Virus record (IMG/VR): IMGVR_UViG_3300025133_000020
Direction: 5' to 3' (one strand)
DNA: 64,000 nt
From: a virus
Lineage: Duplodnaviria; Caudoviricetes
Below the pieces are notes generated by a model, which saw only the letters and a list, made by a program, of their open reading frames with translations, ran no database searches and was not told the DNA's origin. The position numbers and the translations under genes were made by a program. Positions within the stretch are counted from its first letter, which is position 1. The number at the start of each line of letters is the position of its first letter. Shown here one piece after another: positions 1-9,915 of the stretch.

Positions 1-810
1 ACATTACCAGCGTTGTCGGCTACGTTACAGGCACCACAAGCTGGTGGTAGTGGAGTACTGGAAACAGATAAAACAATGTACTTGACCTATATCTTGGATA
101 CTGAGGTTTCAGGTGGTACAAGTGGTTTGACGACACCGATAAATTGCCAATATTACACTAAGATAAGTAATACGACACCTACGATTAAGGATGTTGACTT
201 CAAAATTAATGCGGTAGACCTTTTACCATACATGAGGAAGATTGAAAACATCGATTATGATGGGTTAGGTTTCTACGCATACAACTTCAAGGTGTTATGG
301 CAAATCGTTGACGAGCCAGAGGATAGACCAATAGCGCATCTATGGAACGAGTTCGATTACACTTCAAGTGCTATAACAAGTACGGTAGGTGAAACGATAG
401 ACCCAATAGCATTGGAGAATCAAAACCCAGTGGTAAATGGTTTCTTGGTTGATGGTGACGTGGCTACAGGTAGTACTATATTTGATATTATCCCTACTCT
501 TAACTTACCACTTAATGTGGATAACGAGAAGTTACAGTTAGGTGATGAGAGATTCTTCTATGGTAATGTCGGAGCATACATTGGGGCGACTATATTTAAG
601 ACCTTATTCAAGGTGAATATAGAGGCGAGTGATTTTATTTACACGAGTAATCCAACTAGAACATTAGACCCTAACGAAGCAGCCATCAGAATAAGTGAGA
701 TTGGTATATATGATAGTGATAGTAATCTGGTAGTTATAGCTAAGATGTCAAAACCAATGCTATTGGAAAATAGTAACACAATTAACGCAGAATTATCAAT
801 AGACTTCTAA
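1..810 (+). CDS. virion structural protein (tail/baseplate-like), 5' partial
   Basis: Frame is open from base 1. The C-terminal ISEIGIYDSDSNLVVIAK motif resembles tail-collar/baseplate proteins and is shared with the next ORF. Confidence 0.55.
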   Translation, partial: TLPALSATLQAPQAGGSGVLETDKTMYLTYILDTEVSGGTSGLTTPINCQYYTKISNTTPTIKDVDFKINAVDLLPYMRKIENIDYDGLGFYAYNFKVLWQIVDEPEDRPIAHLWNEFDYTSSAITSTVGETIDPIALENQNPVVNGFLVDGDVATGSTIFDIIPTLNLPLNVDNEKLQLGDERFFYGNVGAYIGATIFKTLFKVNIEASDFIYTSNPTRTLDPNEAAIRISEIGIYDSDSNLVVIAKMSKPMLLENSNTINAELSIDF

Positions 811-811
811 G

Positions 812-2014
812 ATGGGATTTAAAAGCATAGGAACACAATTAACAGCTAAGTTTACACCTAAAGGTAGGGAGAGACTTATCATAGGTAATAACACGCTAAT
901 CACTAAATTCTCATTAGGGGATTCAGATGCGAATTATTACGCATCATTAGATTTGGGGTTAGGTGAGATACCTACACTTGGTGGGGACTTATCGTCAACA
1001 TCTGGAGTGAGTACAAATAGTGTTACAACTAACGTTAAAATGAATAACCAATTATACGCCACCGCTAATTCATTATTTAAGAATGTAGAAGCTGGTTCTA
1101 GTAGAATAGTAACCACATTCGATGAGTTAGGTACTACAACACTTGCAGGGAGCGCTATGACGTTTAATACAATAGTTAAGTCGGCAGGGACAACTGATAG
1201 TTTAGTAAACCTATACCAATCATTTAAACTACCTATAACCAATAGTAACGACCTTAAATATACGACTACTAAATATGCTAGTGGTGGTTGGAGTGATACC
1301 GCTTTGAGTGGTTTCGCATCATCATCAATATTAGCGGTTGGTATTCCAGAGACTTATTATGGTGATATGTTGGATGGTAAAGAAATCAGGTTATCATTAT
1401 CTGGTACGACTGGTGGTACGTATACCATTTACGGTACATTCCAGAGGAAGCAGGGTAATATTGCGGCAGATGATTTTGCTTACACTGAGTCATCGTCACA
1501 GACATCAGCATTCGCACCAAACTATTCATTCCTATTTTGTGATGCTATTAAGAGACCTAACGGTGACCCAACTAAATCTTGGGCTACTGGTTTCGGAACG
1601 CTTAAACCGTTCAGTGGGAATGCTAAGGCGAGATACAACCTAACAACCAGTAATTCACAAGGTCTATCAGCAGATACTGCGGTAGGTGTGGCTTATTTGG
1701 ATAAAGGGTTCTTGGTTATAACAGACCCAACAATCGTTGCTGATGTTAGTACGGCATATTCGGCTACTACTGGTAACTCGGTTACATTCGATAGTGTAAG
1801 TTCGGTAGTTAGTCAAGAGATTACTTGTATCGCACCAAGAGGTTCGTTCGTAAGGTCTAATAACCCTACATTCAATACGGGTGATACACCAAGAATTTCA
1901 GAGGTTGGTCTATACGACAACAATGGCAATCTGATTGCTTATGGAAAGACTGATGAACACATCACAAAGACGGCTAATGAGCTAAAGGTCTTTGCAGTAA
2001 GTATCAATATCTAA
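812..2014 (+). CDS. virion structural protein (tail/baseplate-like)
   Basis: Thr/Ser/Gly-rich 400 aa. The C-terminal ISEVGLYDNNGNLIAYGK is paralogous to the upstream ORF. Confidence 0.55.
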   Translation: MGFKSIGTQLTAKFTPKGRERLIIGNNTLITKFSLGDSDANYYASLDLGLGEIPTLGGDLSSTSGVSTNSVTTNVKMNNQLYATANSLFKNVEAGSSRIVTTFDELGTTTLAGSAMTFNTIVKSAGTTDSLVNLYQSFKLPITNSNDLKYTTTKYASGGWSDTALSGFASSSILAVGIPETYYGDMLDGKEIRLSLSGTTGGTYTIYGTFQRKQGNIAADDFAYTESSSQTSAFAPNYSFLFCDAIKRPNGDPTKSWATGFGTLKPFSGNAKARYNLTTSNSQGLSADTAVGVAYLDKGFLVITDPTIVADVSTAYSATTGNSVTFDSVSSVVSQEITCIAPRGSFVRSNNPTFNTGDTPRISEVGLYDNNGNLIAYGKTDEHITKTANELKVFAVSINI

Positions 2015-2071
2015 AGCGACACTTTACATTCTAATTTCAATTCATTATACTTGTATTATTAATTCAATAAT

Positions 2072-2722
2072 ATGAAAAAAGAAGAAAATGGGTTTATATT
2101 GGGGTTGGATGTTTCAACCAAGACAATCGGAGTAGCCTTATTTGAGGATAAGGGTAAGAGAGGTGATTTGAAAATGCTTACTCACGTAACACCTAAAGTC
2201 AAACCACTACCTAAAAGTAAGATTGAGCAGCTTTTCAAGAAAGTTGAAATCTTCGAAGAATTCCTAGACGAATATAAGGATATCGGTATCACCAAAGTAA
2301 TCATAGAGGAACCATTATTGCGTTCTAATAACGTTTACACGGTGGCAACACTATTACGTTTTAATGGGATAGTATCAAGGGCGGTATATGATATTCTGGG
2401 AGTAGTTCCTGATTTTATTTCTTCATACGATGCCAGAGCGTTCGGTTATCCAGAATTCATGGCTAAGAGAACCCATAAGAAGGATGGTACACCTCACACT
2501 GAAGCTCATATGAAAAAGGCTAACCCAGTATTGTTCGGTGGCTTACCATATGATATCGATAAGAAGTTTGTTGTGTGGGAAAAGGTGAGTGTCGCTCATC
2601 CAGAGATTACATGGTTATACACTAGAGTTAATTCACTTAAAAAAGAAAATTATGATATGACTGATGCATACGTTGCTGTGTTAGGTCAGATGCATAAAGA
2701 GAGTCTCTGGGAACCAGCTTAA
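2072..2722 (+). CDS. RuvC-like Holliday junction resolvase
   Basis: ILGLDVSTKTIG, VIIEEP and C-terminal DMTDAYV acidic triad of the RNase H fold. Confidence 0.75.
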   Translation: MKKEENGFILGLDVSTKTIGVALFEDKGKRGDLKMLTHVTPKVKPLPKSKIEQLFKKVEIFEEFLDEYKDIGITKVIIEEPLLRSNNVYTVATLLRFNGIVSRAVYDILGVVPDFISSYDARAFGYPEFMAKRTHKKDGTPHTEAHMKKANPVLFGGLPYDIDKKFVVWEKVSVAHPEITWLYTRVNSLKKENYDMTDAYVAVLGQMHKESLWEPA

Positions 2723-2769
2723 TTACATAAAAACTTGAAAGTGTCGGACATTATGCGTATATTCGTGTA

Positions 2770-3732
2770 ATGTCTTTTTTAATTCCCGATATTCTGGAGT
2801 CATTTCTTGGTGAACCAAGGAAGCACCACGAGAGTAATGGTCAAATAGCTTTTGACTGTCCTGTTTGTGCTGAAGAGAACGGTTTAAGAGAAGGTGATGG
2901 TAAAGGTAATCTTGAGGTAAACTACGTAGAAGGTGTTTATAAATGCTGGGTATGTAGTGGTACTCATGGTACTCACGGTACGATAGGTAAACTGATATAT
3001 CGTCACGGTACGAAAGAGAATCTGAAGGATTATCAATTGATAAAGCCTGATTATGAGTACCTTAGAATGGAAAGGGATAATCAGGAAGTCGCAAGCGTCA
3101 TAGTAACGCTACCTGAAGGTTATAAGCGCCTAACTGACTGCAATCAATTCCAATGGCGCTATGCTGATGCTATGAGATATCTCAAGGATAGGGGTATCAC
3201 AAAAGAAATGATTGATTATTACGATATAGGCATGACTACGGTTGGCAAGTATCACGATAGAATCATCATACCATCCTACGATAAGAATGATAGGTTGAAT
3301 TACTACATAGCAAGGACGTTCGAGAAATGGGCTAGACCTAAGTACTTGAATCCCGAAGCTGAAAAGATGGGTGTTATATTCAATGAGGGTAAGCTAAATC
3401 TGGATGCTACCATATACCTTGTTGAGGGTGCGTTTGACCATATTGTGATACCTAATTCAATTCCATTATTAGGTAAGATATTATCACCAGAGTTATGGCT
3501 TTATCTACAGGATGCCAGAGCCAATATCGTGATAGTATTGGATGCAGACGCTTTTGCAGATGCCAAGGAGATATACAGGAAACTGAATAGTGGTAATTTG
3601 AGGGGTAGGGTTATAATATGTGAAATACCGAATGATAATGACCCTAGTAGAATCTTTGAGTTGTTAGGGTCTAACGGGATACAAAAACTATTAAGAAATT
3701 GGTGTATGGTGCCGTCTGAGAGTGAATTATGA
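2770..3732 (+). CDS. DNA primase (Zn finger + TOPRIM)
   Basis: CPVC...CWVC zinc finger; YLVEGAFD and IVLDADA TOPRIM motifs. Confidence 0.85.
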   Translation: MSFLIPDILESFLGEPRKHHESNGQIAFDCPVCAEENGLREGDGKGNLEVNYVEGVYKCWVCSGTHGTHGTIGKLIYRHGTKENLKDYQLIKPDYEYLRMERDNQEVASVIVTLPEGYKRLTDCNQFQWRYADAMRYLKDRGITKEMIDYYDIGMTTVGKYHDRIIIPSYDKNDRLNYYIARTFEKWARPKYLNPEAEKMGVIFNEGKLNLDATIYLVEGAFDHIVIPNSIPLLGKILSPELWLYLQDARANIVIVLDADAFADAKEIYRKLNSGNLRGRVIICEIPNDNDPSRIFELLGSNGIQKLLRNWCMVPSESEL

Positions 3733-4188
3733 TTGCATAAACTGACGTAGTTGGTCAGCACCATCAAGGTCTGGTAACATACATAAATCACCAAGCTCAT
3801 TACTTAAACATTCGTAGCTACCGATACTTTTCAGTTTATCCCAGATGGTATCCATTTTAGGGTTCATTCTACGACCTTTACCTGAATATAGATGACCGAA
3901 TTCTGAAATGAATTTTTGGTACACCTTAACCCCTAGACCAGCCCCTTGTGCGTTTTTCGCTAATGCTATATTTGGTTGATATATCACACCACCTAATGCT
4001 TTGATACCTAAAACACCTACCGAATTACCACCAACCCTAATAGTTAATTCTGGTGTATTTCCATCACCATCTAATAATTCAATATCTTCCCACTTAACGT
4101 TCTGTAGATTATCAAACTCACCACCTTCATCGGGTAGGCTTGGAATATCTAAAGCTTCTCTTAATTTAAGTCTAATGTCGGTTTTCAT
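3727..4188 (-). CDS. hypothetical protein, GNAT-like fold possible, LRE-type N-terminal leader
   Basis: AQGAGLGVKVY resembles the acetyl-CoA binding motif; N-terminus MKTDIRLKLREAL. Confidence 0.45.
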   Translation of the reverse strand: MKTDIRLKLREALDIPSLPDEGGEFDNLQNVKWEDIELLDGDGNTPELTIRVGGNSVGVLGIKALGGVIYQPNIALAKNAQGAGLGVKVYQKFISEFGHLYSGKGRRMNPKMDTIWDKLKSIGSYECLSNELGDLCMLPDLDGADQLRQFMQS

Positions 4189-4439
4189 AGGTACTGTTTC
4201 TCGATAATGGATAGTACGGCACCTAAAGCACCATTCCTATCACCAAAAGTTCCCGCATGCTTATCCACCAAGTAATTGATAGCTTTCTCAACATCTTCTC
4301 GTACATTTGAGTATCGTAAGTCTTGAGCTACTTCATATTCACCCTCACCAACAATCTTAAATTCATCGTTAGTAGCGTCACCCTGAACATGGGCATATTC
4401 AAGGTCTTCACGTAACTTTTCTTTTAGTGATTTATCCAT
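4185..4439 (-). CDS. hypothetical protein with LRE-type leader
   Basis: MDKSLKEKLREDLE; TATTTATA motif on the minus strand at 4445-4452. Confidence 0.55.
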   Translation of the reverse strand: MDKSLKEKLREDLEYAHVQGDATNDEFKIVGEGEYEVAQDLRYSNVREDVEKAINYLVDKHAGTFGDRNGALGAVLSIIEKQYL

Positions 4440-4500
4440 TTGAATATAAATATAGAGGTTTAGGTTGAAACTGTGGATAAAATAAAGTATATTCGCTTAT

Positions 4501-5277
4501 ATGAACGCAAACATCAAAGTATGGGAAGGTCCCGTTTATCTGGAACCCATCGAACACATCTACTTCCACAGGGAGACTGGTCAACGGTATAAATCCGTAA
4601 CCACGACCCTTGCTGCTGTTGAACCTCACTTCGATACTGAAGGGGTTTCTATGGCTATATCACGACAACGTGACGATGACCCTAAGAAGAATCCTTTATA
4701 TGTGGGTATGAACCAAGACCAGATACTGGACTACTGGCAATACCTGAATGATACTGCAAATGAGTATGGAACGGCAGTTCACGAACATATTGAAACATAT
4801 CTATTGAAGAAGAAGTTCTGGTTTCCTAAAGACCCTTTGGAGAAAGCGGCTGTAAGGGGTTATGATAGTCTGAAAGTGGATGAAGGTGAGATGATGTACC
4901 CAGAGCGTATCATGTTCTCAGAGTATTACAAATTAGCTGGAACGGCTGACCTTGTGATTGATATTGACGAGGTATTTTTCGATATTGGTGACTGGAAGAC
5001 CAACAAAGCTTTCCATTACTGGAACCAATTCGGAAATCAAACGCTGAAGAAACCATTCGAACATATCCAAAACTGCCAGTATGGTATCTACTCATTACAG
5101 TTGAGTACGTATGCTTACATGTATGAGTTGGAGACTGGTAGGATGTGTAGACACATCTGGATTGGATACTGGGATAAGGAAACTGAAACAATGAGTAGAA
5201 TACCAATACCATACCTCAAGCACGATGCTAAGAGGTTATTAGAATTACACAAGTATAACACAGAAATGGCAATATAA
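4501..5277 (+). CDS. PD-(D/E)XK exonuclease (Cas4-like superfamily, solo)
   Basis: GTAVHEHIE, LAGTADLV, IGDWKT, QLSTYAY motifs. Confidence 0.8.
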   Translation: MNANIKVWEGPVYLEPIEHIYFHRETGQRYKSVTTTLAAVEPHFDTEGVSMAISRQRDDDPKKNPLYVGMNQDQILDYWQYLNDTANEYGTAVHEHIETYLLKKKFWFPKDPLEKAAVRGYDSLKVDEGEMMYPERIMFSEYYKLAGTADLVIDIDEVFFDIGDWKTNKAFHYWNQFGNQTLKKPFEHIQNCQYGIYSLQLSTYAYMYELETGRMCRHIWIGYWDKETETMSRIPIPYLKHDAKRLLELHKYNTEMAI

Positions 5278-5498
5278 TGAGTGATAAAATAAAAATGACA
5301 TTAGCGCAATTTAAGCTTATCATGGGCGGTGCGGTTGGTTATGCCGATAGTAGACCACCAAACTCACCAAACAATATGGAAGATGAGTTTCTATGGTGTG
5401 AAGTAGAAATTGCATATAGAGAGGGTGCCTTACAAGCGCTAAACATGTTGGAAGAATACATAGAATTACCCGAACTTAAAAAGAATTCTAATGATTAA
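5277..5498 (+). CDS. hypothetical protein
   Basis: Translationally coupled ORF in the replication operon. Confidence 0.5.
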   Translation: MSDKIKMTLAQFKLIMGGAVGYADSRPPNSPNNMEDEFLWCEVEIAYREGALQALNMLEEYIELPELKKNSND

Positions 5499-6309
5499 GA
5501 AAGTAATACATTTAGCGGATATTCATATCCGAACATATAGAATGCATAGCGAATACGTAGCCATGTTCGATGAGTTGTACAAAACGGTTAAGAAATTAAC
5601 TGAGGACTATGAGTACGATGAAGTAAGAATAGTCATTGTCGGTGATTTAGTCCACCAGAAAATAACCATATCCAATGAGTTATTGATAATGACATCAGGG
5701 TTCATAAGTGAACTGGCTAAGTACGCTCCGTTGGTGATTGTTGCTGGTAACCACGACCTGTTGGAAAACAACAAAGATAGGGTCGACAGCATCACACCAA
5801 TGGTTACATTATTAAACAACCCCAACATCCACTATTACAAGGAGAAGAAGTGTTACCAAGACGATAATATTGTCTGGTGTAACTACTCGGTGTTTGAACA
5901 CAACGAACGACCTGATATCGAAGCTGCTAAGGCTGAACATGGTGATAAGAAGTACATTGGATTGTACCACGCACCAGTATTGGGTGCCACCACAGATATT
6001 GGGTATGAATTCGATACTGGGACACCTATTGACCACTTCCACGGATGTGATGCGGTGTTGATGGGAGACATACATAAACGACAATCATTTGAACTTGATG
6101 GGGCACCTATTGCCTACTGTGGTTCACTAATTCAACAGGACTTCGGAGAGAGTATCGAGAATCACGGATTATTATATTGGGATGTGGAAGCCTTGACTTT
6201 TGAGGCGATTGACCTTAATAATGATTACGGGTTCTACACATTCTCTATAAATGGGGTGGAAGAACTTGATGAAGATAAAGAAAAACTACTGAATGGAACT
6301 GCCAAATAA
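5491..6309 (+). CDS. sbcD: SbcD/Mre11/gp47-like recombination nuclease
   Basis: HLADIH, VGDL, AGNHD, GDIH metallophosphoesterase motifs; upstream of an SbcC-like gene. Confidence 0.85.
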   Translation: MIKKVIHLADIHIRTYRMHSEYVAMFDELYKTVKKLTEDYEYDEVRIVIVGDLVHQKITISNELLIMTSGFISELAKYAPLVIVAGNHDLLENNKDRVDSITPMVTLLNNPNIHYYKEKKCYQDDNIVWCNYSVFEHNERPDIEAAKAEHGDKKYIGLYHAPVLGATTDIGYEFDTGTPIDHFHGCDAVLMGDIHKRQSFELDGAPIAYCGSLIQQDFGESIENHGLLYWDVEALTFEAIDLNNDYGFYTFSINGVEELDEDKEKLLNGTAK

Positions 6310-6655
6310 ACTTAATGATGAGATATGGGAATACTGTAGAGCAAACAGTATAACTGATATTGATGGGTTTATTATCAATCTGGTTAGGACTGCATTCACC
6401 ATAGAGAAATTTGGTTATAGTCCTGAAGTAAGTAAGGAGCCGCAAGTGGTTGAAAAAGAGGTAGTTAAGGAAGTGGAAAAGATAGTAGAGGTAGAGAAGA
6501 TAGTAGAAGTGATTAAAGAGGTGCCAGTTGAGAAGGTAGTAGAAAAGGTGGTTGAGAAGGTAGTAGAAGTGGAGAAAAAAGTGGAGAAAAAAGAGAAAGA
6601 CATTTACGGTGAAGGTACCAGAGGTACTTTCGGTTCAAATTTATTAGACAATTAA
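6293..6655 (+). CDS. hypothetical protein with VEK-rich low-complexity repeat
   Basis: VEKEVVKEVEKIVEVEKIV... tract; lies between sbcD and sbcC. Confidence 0.6.
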   Translation: MELPNKLNDEIWEYCRANSITDIDGFIINLVRTAFTIEKFGYSPEVSKEPQVVEKEVVKEVEKIVEVEKIVEVIKEVPVEKVVEKVVEKVVEVEKKVEKKEKDIYGEGTRGTFGSNLLDN

Positions 6656-6656
6656 T

Positions 6657-9005
6657 ATGCTGAAAACAAAAATATCACCTTATGGAAAGGTAAAATTATA
6701 CTGGAACGACAAACCAGAGAATTACTCACGAGCCAATAGATTGGCTGTAAGGAACAGTTTCGCTAAAAAGTACGGAGTGGACAAGGAACGAGTGAAAGTC
6801 GTTTACAGACCCGTTAAAGTGGATAATAAGGGTAATCTCATCAAGCTTGATGGGGTTCAGATTGAGAGTGTGGGAGATATCCTGTATCAACGCAAGCTTT
6901 TCAAAGAGTGGTTGGTTAGGAATGAGAAGGATATTGATTTTGAGCGTCTGATTAAGCTGGATGATAAGGTCAATGCTGATTTGGATAGTGACGTAGTACA
7001 AGGTACGAATAAGAAGTGGGAGTTCGAATGGATAATGATAGACAACCTATTATCGTTCGGTGATGATAATTTCTTCCCTATTGATAGGTTTAAGGGTTTA
7101 ACAACAGTATGTTCGTCTCCAGAGAACCAAGGTGGTAAAACGACCTTAATCATTGATTCATTCAAGTTCTTATTATTCGGTATTACAACCAAGACCAGTA
7201 AGAACGAGCACATATTCAACAGATATCGAGATAAGAGTACTTTAGTAGTTAGAGGGTTAATGAAGATTGAGGGTGAGGAAGAATTCGTTATCGAACGTAA
7301 GTTATCACGTAAGGCTAAACGAGATGGTGGGTGGAATGTGAGTAGCACATTAAACTACTACAAGATGCTTCCTGATGACACTGAGGAATCGATGGATGAG
7401 GAACATACGATAAGAACGACCAGTAAGATACGTGAGACGGTAGGAGATGTTAAAGACTTCGACCTTGTATCGTTAGCTACTGGGGATAACTTGACATCAC
7501 TTATCGGTAATACGGTAACTGAGAATGGTAAGATATTCACCAGAATGATTGGTCTGGAAGTAATGGAGGTTAAGGAAGCCATAGCACGTAAGATGTATAA
7601 TGAGTTCCACAAGGATATGCAATCCAACATATACTCTAAGGTAGAACTTGAAGATGAGAATGAGATATCAGAAGCCAATTTAGAGTTGGTTAAGGAAACT
7701 CAAATTCAGGCTGATGAGAAGTTAATATCAACAACAACCAAGATTGAGAACTTGGAGACTGAAAAGAGTGCTCTATTGAGTAGTAAGCATGTGGTAGATA
7801 GTAAGTTATCCATGACCACTATTGAAAGTCTTGACCAGAGAATAGCCACTATCACCAATGATGGCAAGAAGGCTAAAGAAACTATGGATGAGTTGAAAGA
7901 GTCGTATAATGGGATTGAGGTTGATTATGATGAGTATAAGGAGAAGCGTACTGCCGATAAGATAGGTGAGCTTAAAACTAGCGTAGCTATTAAGAGGGTT
8001 GAAAGTACCAGACTCATAGCTGAATCTGATGCCTTGGATAAGGCTGAATCGTGTGTAACCTGTGGTAGAGCGTTAGAAGGGGTAGATAATTCTAAGATGG
8101 TTAAAGACCTATCAGCACGAATCACCAACCTAGATACTGAAATTATCGCTATTGATGAGGAATTACTTCAATTAAATGAAATAATTTCAAGCCTTGCTGA
8201 AGTGAAGGTTGAGTTGGAGCGTAAGCAACGTTTGGAGTTGGAGATTGAAAGGGGTAACCTAAAATTGACTAATTTAAGAGGTCAACTTACTGATGTGAGA
8301 GAGACTAAGAAGCAATTCGAAGCCAACGTTCAAGCAATCAAGCACAATCAAGATACTGATGTTAAAGTTAACAAGATTACATCAGACCTACAGATAGAGC
8401 GACACACAAAAGAAGAAACCATCAGAAAGATAGAAGTAATCAAAGGTGAAATCATCAAACATGACGCTAAGATTGCTATGAACAAGACCATTCTAACCAA
8501 GATGCTTAAAGAGGGTGAGATTGAGCGTATCTTTAAGATGTATATCGAGATGGTAGGTAAGAAGGGTGTATCCAAGATTATATTGAGGTCTGTCATTCCT
8601 ATCATTAATGCGGAATTGGATAGATTATTGGAAGGTGTATGCAACTTTGAGGTGGAAGTGCGTATGGATGATAAGAACGATGTTAACCTCATCATTATCA
8701 AAGATGGTGTGGAAGGGTCGTTGAAGTCAGGGAGTGGCTTAGAGAAGACGATAGCAGCCATAGGGCTTAGATGTGTTCTGGGTGTAGTATCGACATTACC
8801 GATGCCTAACTTCATCGCATTTGATGAGGTGTTCGGTAAGGTAGCGCAGGTGAATATACCATTACTAAAACCTCTCTTTGACAAAGTGGCAGATTCATAT
8901 GACAAAGTGTTTGTGATAACCCACAACGAACAAGCTAAGGATTGGGCGAACAAAATAATAACTGTCGTTGCGGATAAAAATGTATCCAAAATCGACTATA
9001 AATAA
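6657..9005 (+). CDS. sbcC: SbcC/Rad50/gp46-like ATPase
   Basis: NQGGKTT Walker A, long coiled coil with CVTC zinc hook, SGSGLEK signature, FDEVF Walker B, ITH motif. Confidence 0.9.
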   Translation: MLKTKISPYGKVKLYWNDKPENYSRANRLAVRNSFAKKYGVDKERVKVVYRPVKVDNKGNLIKLDGVQIESVGDILYQRKLFKEWLVRNEKDIDFERLIKLDDKVNADLDSDVVQGTNKKWEFEWIMIDNLLSFGDDNFFPIDRFKGLTTVCSSPENQGGKTTLIIDSFKFLLFGITTKTSKNEHIFNRYRDKSTLVVRGLMKIEGEEEFVIERKLSRKAKRDGGWNVSSTLNYYKMLPDDTEESMDEEHTIRTTSKIRETVGDVKDFDLVSLATGDNLTSLIGNTVTENGKIFTRMIGLEVMEVKEAIARKMYNEFHKDMQSNIYSKVELEDENEISEANLELVKETQIQADEKLISTTTKIENLETEKSALLSSKHVVDSKLSMTTIESLDQRIATITNDGKKAKETMDELKESYNGIEVDYDEYKEKRTADKIGELKTSVAIKRVESTRLIAESDALDKAESCVTCGRALEGVDNSKMVKDLSARITNLDTEIIAIDEELLQLNEIISSLAEVKVELERKQRLELEIERGNLKLTNLRGQLTDVRETKKQFEANVQAIKHNQDTDVKVNKITSDLQIERHTKEETIRKIEVIKGEIIKHDAKIAMNKTILTKMLKEGEIERIFKMYIEMVGKKGVSKIILRSVIPIINAELDRLLEGVCNFEVEVRMDDKNDVNLIIIKDGVEGSLKSGSGLEKTIAAIGLRCVLGVVSTLPMPNFIAFDEVFGKVAQVNIPLLKPLFDKVADSYDKVFVITHNEQAKDWANKIITVVADKNVSKIDYK

Positions 9006-9047
9006 CGGTTTTAGCTGATATTTATATACAACAAACAACAAGGAATC

Positions 9048-9884
9048 ATGGGCAAATATGTCAACTATAATGAAGATAAGACCATAAGTCATTACTTCAA
9101 AGATTTAAGAAAAGAAGACCTATTAACGAAAGAGGAAGAATTCTCATTAGCGTTAAGAATTAAGGATGGGGATACGAGAGCCATTGATAAACTGGCAAAG
9201 TCTAATCTAAAATTCGTAGTATCAATCGCCAAGGAATATCAAGGTAATGGATTACCATTGAGTGACCTGATAAGTGAGGGTAATTACGGGTTAATTAAAG
9301 CAGCGCATAAGTTTGACCCTAACAAGGGGTTCAGATTTATTTCATACGCTGTATGGTGGATACGTCAAGCAATCATTCAATCGTTGAATGACCATTCACG
9401 AACCGTGAGACTACCATCCAATGTTATAAACAAGATTACAAGCGTTAAGAAAGCTCTGGAAGCCTTCGAACAGATTAATGAGCGAGAGCCAGTATTTGGT
9501 GAGGTTATAAACGAGGACGGTGCCAAATTGGATATCAGTGTAGATAGTGGGTATTGTAGTTCACTAAACGATAGAGCTTGGGACGGTGAGGGTGACGAGT
9601 TGGGTGATATGTTGGAAGATGATGAAACTTACGAAGAAACCAAGTACACAGTAGATGATAGACTTAAAAACACACTTGAGGGTACGCTGAATAAGTTAAC
9701 CAAACGAGAGCGTGATATTGTGAAGTGTTATTTCGGTATCGACACAGAATGTGAACCGATGACGTTAGAAGCGATTGGAGACAAATATGAACTCACTAAA
9801 GAGCGTGTAAGACAGATAAAGGAGAAGGGAATTAGAAAGCTAAGACACAATGCTGGAGGTCTATTTTCGGTGATGAATGAGTAG
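9048..9884 (+). CDS. RNA polymerase sigma70-family factor
   Basis: SNLKFVVSIAKEY, DLISEGNYGL, FISYAVWWIRQ, TLEAIG..LTKERVRQI (regions 2 and 4). Confidence 0.92.
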   Translation: MGKYVNYNEDKTISHYFKDLRKEDLLTKEEEFSLALRIKDGDTRAIDKLAKSNLKFVVSIAKEYQGNGLPLSDLISEGNYGLIKAAHKFDPNKGFRFISYAVWWIRQAIIQSLNDHSRTVRLPSNVINKITSVKKALEAFEQINEREPVFGEVINEDGAKLDISVDSGYCSSLNDRAWDGEGDELGDMLEDDETYEETKYTVDDRLKNTLEGTLNKLTKRERDIVKCYFGIDTECEPMTLEAIGDKYELTKERVRQIKEKGIRKLRHNAGGLFSVMNE

Positions 9885-9915
9885 TAGCCCCATATTTATA
9901 TAAAACAATATAAAC

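Noticed and set aside
4501-5277. CRISPR-associated Cas4 / CRISPR system
   Set aside because: No repeat-spacer array or other cas genes are seen; the context is the replication-recombination operon.
6445-6600. DNA repeat array
   Set aside because: It is a protein-level Val/Glu/Lys low-complexity tract with degenerate codons.
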